A stretch of 64,000 bases of DNA from Dicyema japonicum. Its lineage: Eukaryota > Animalia > Dicyemida. Numbering within the stretch: the stretch's first letter is position 1; every line of letters begins with the position of its first letter. The position numbers and the translations under genes were made by a program. Where the stretch lies: assembly GCA_011109175.1 (NCBI GenBank), contig RDEW01000025.1, positions 341,990 to 405,989 of the forward strand, read 5' to 3'. Below, piece after piece: positions 63,561 through 64,000 of this stretch. A model generated the notes under the pieces. That model ran no database searches, had not been told where the DNA came from, and saw only the letters and a list, made by a program, of their open reading frames with translations.

Positions 63561-64000
63561 AAAGGAGTAGAGTTTTTTACGATAATGCAGAGGTTTAGAG
63601 GTAATCATAATAAATAATTCACTGCACACATTAAATTTTTTTAAGATACGTAAAAGTGAAGACAAAAGTAGGACGAATGGTTGACAACGCCACTCGCATT
63701 TCTACATCAATATTTTTCAAATTGTGTTGTACTTCATATTATGCAGCGTAGAAGAGCCTCTTTCGCAAAATTATGTCGTTGAGATTTGTAATACATGTTT
63801 CGAACATATATCCAGAATTCTCCAATATCCAACTCCATCATTAATTTTAAGGATCGATCAGTTCAAAAAAATATTCATTTTCTTTAACGAGTAGTGTTCT
63901 GCTGTGACACAAGAAAAGGATTATCAAGTTTTCGCCAATTGTATGAGGTTTCAGTTCTTTTGCTATTAATTCAAGAATCAGATATGAACATTTCGATGAT

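Overview
AT-rich animal genomic DNA, not prokaryotic. Ten conserved genes could be assembled by hand once 20-32 nt GT-AG introns are removed: AK2, TUBGCP5, SYAP1, ALKBH7, SREK1IP1, raw, EMC2, two UBF-like paralogs and GCC2. Introns this small together with animal-type genes point to a dicyemid mesozoan (inference; no database search was possible). The genes sit in a graveyard of decayed transposons: Jockey/I-like, L1/Tx1-like, CRE-like and R4-like non-LTR fragments, Tigger/pogo, IS630-Tc1, a Helitron helicase fragment, SINEs and a MITE. None of these is intact. The most notable items are: (1) a tandem birth-and-death array of seven small secreted ShK-toxin-domain genes at 27.6-35.1 kb, three of them with a variable-number 68-bp minisatellite upstream; (2) a roughly tenfold window-wide excess of the palindrome CACGTG (about 67 sites counted by eye); (3) a head-to-head pair of diverged UBF-like genes; (4) short AT-rich islands about every 1-2 kb. 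Gene models were spliced by eye, so some exon boundaries are approximate. Several frameshifts fall in homopolymers and may be assembly errors.
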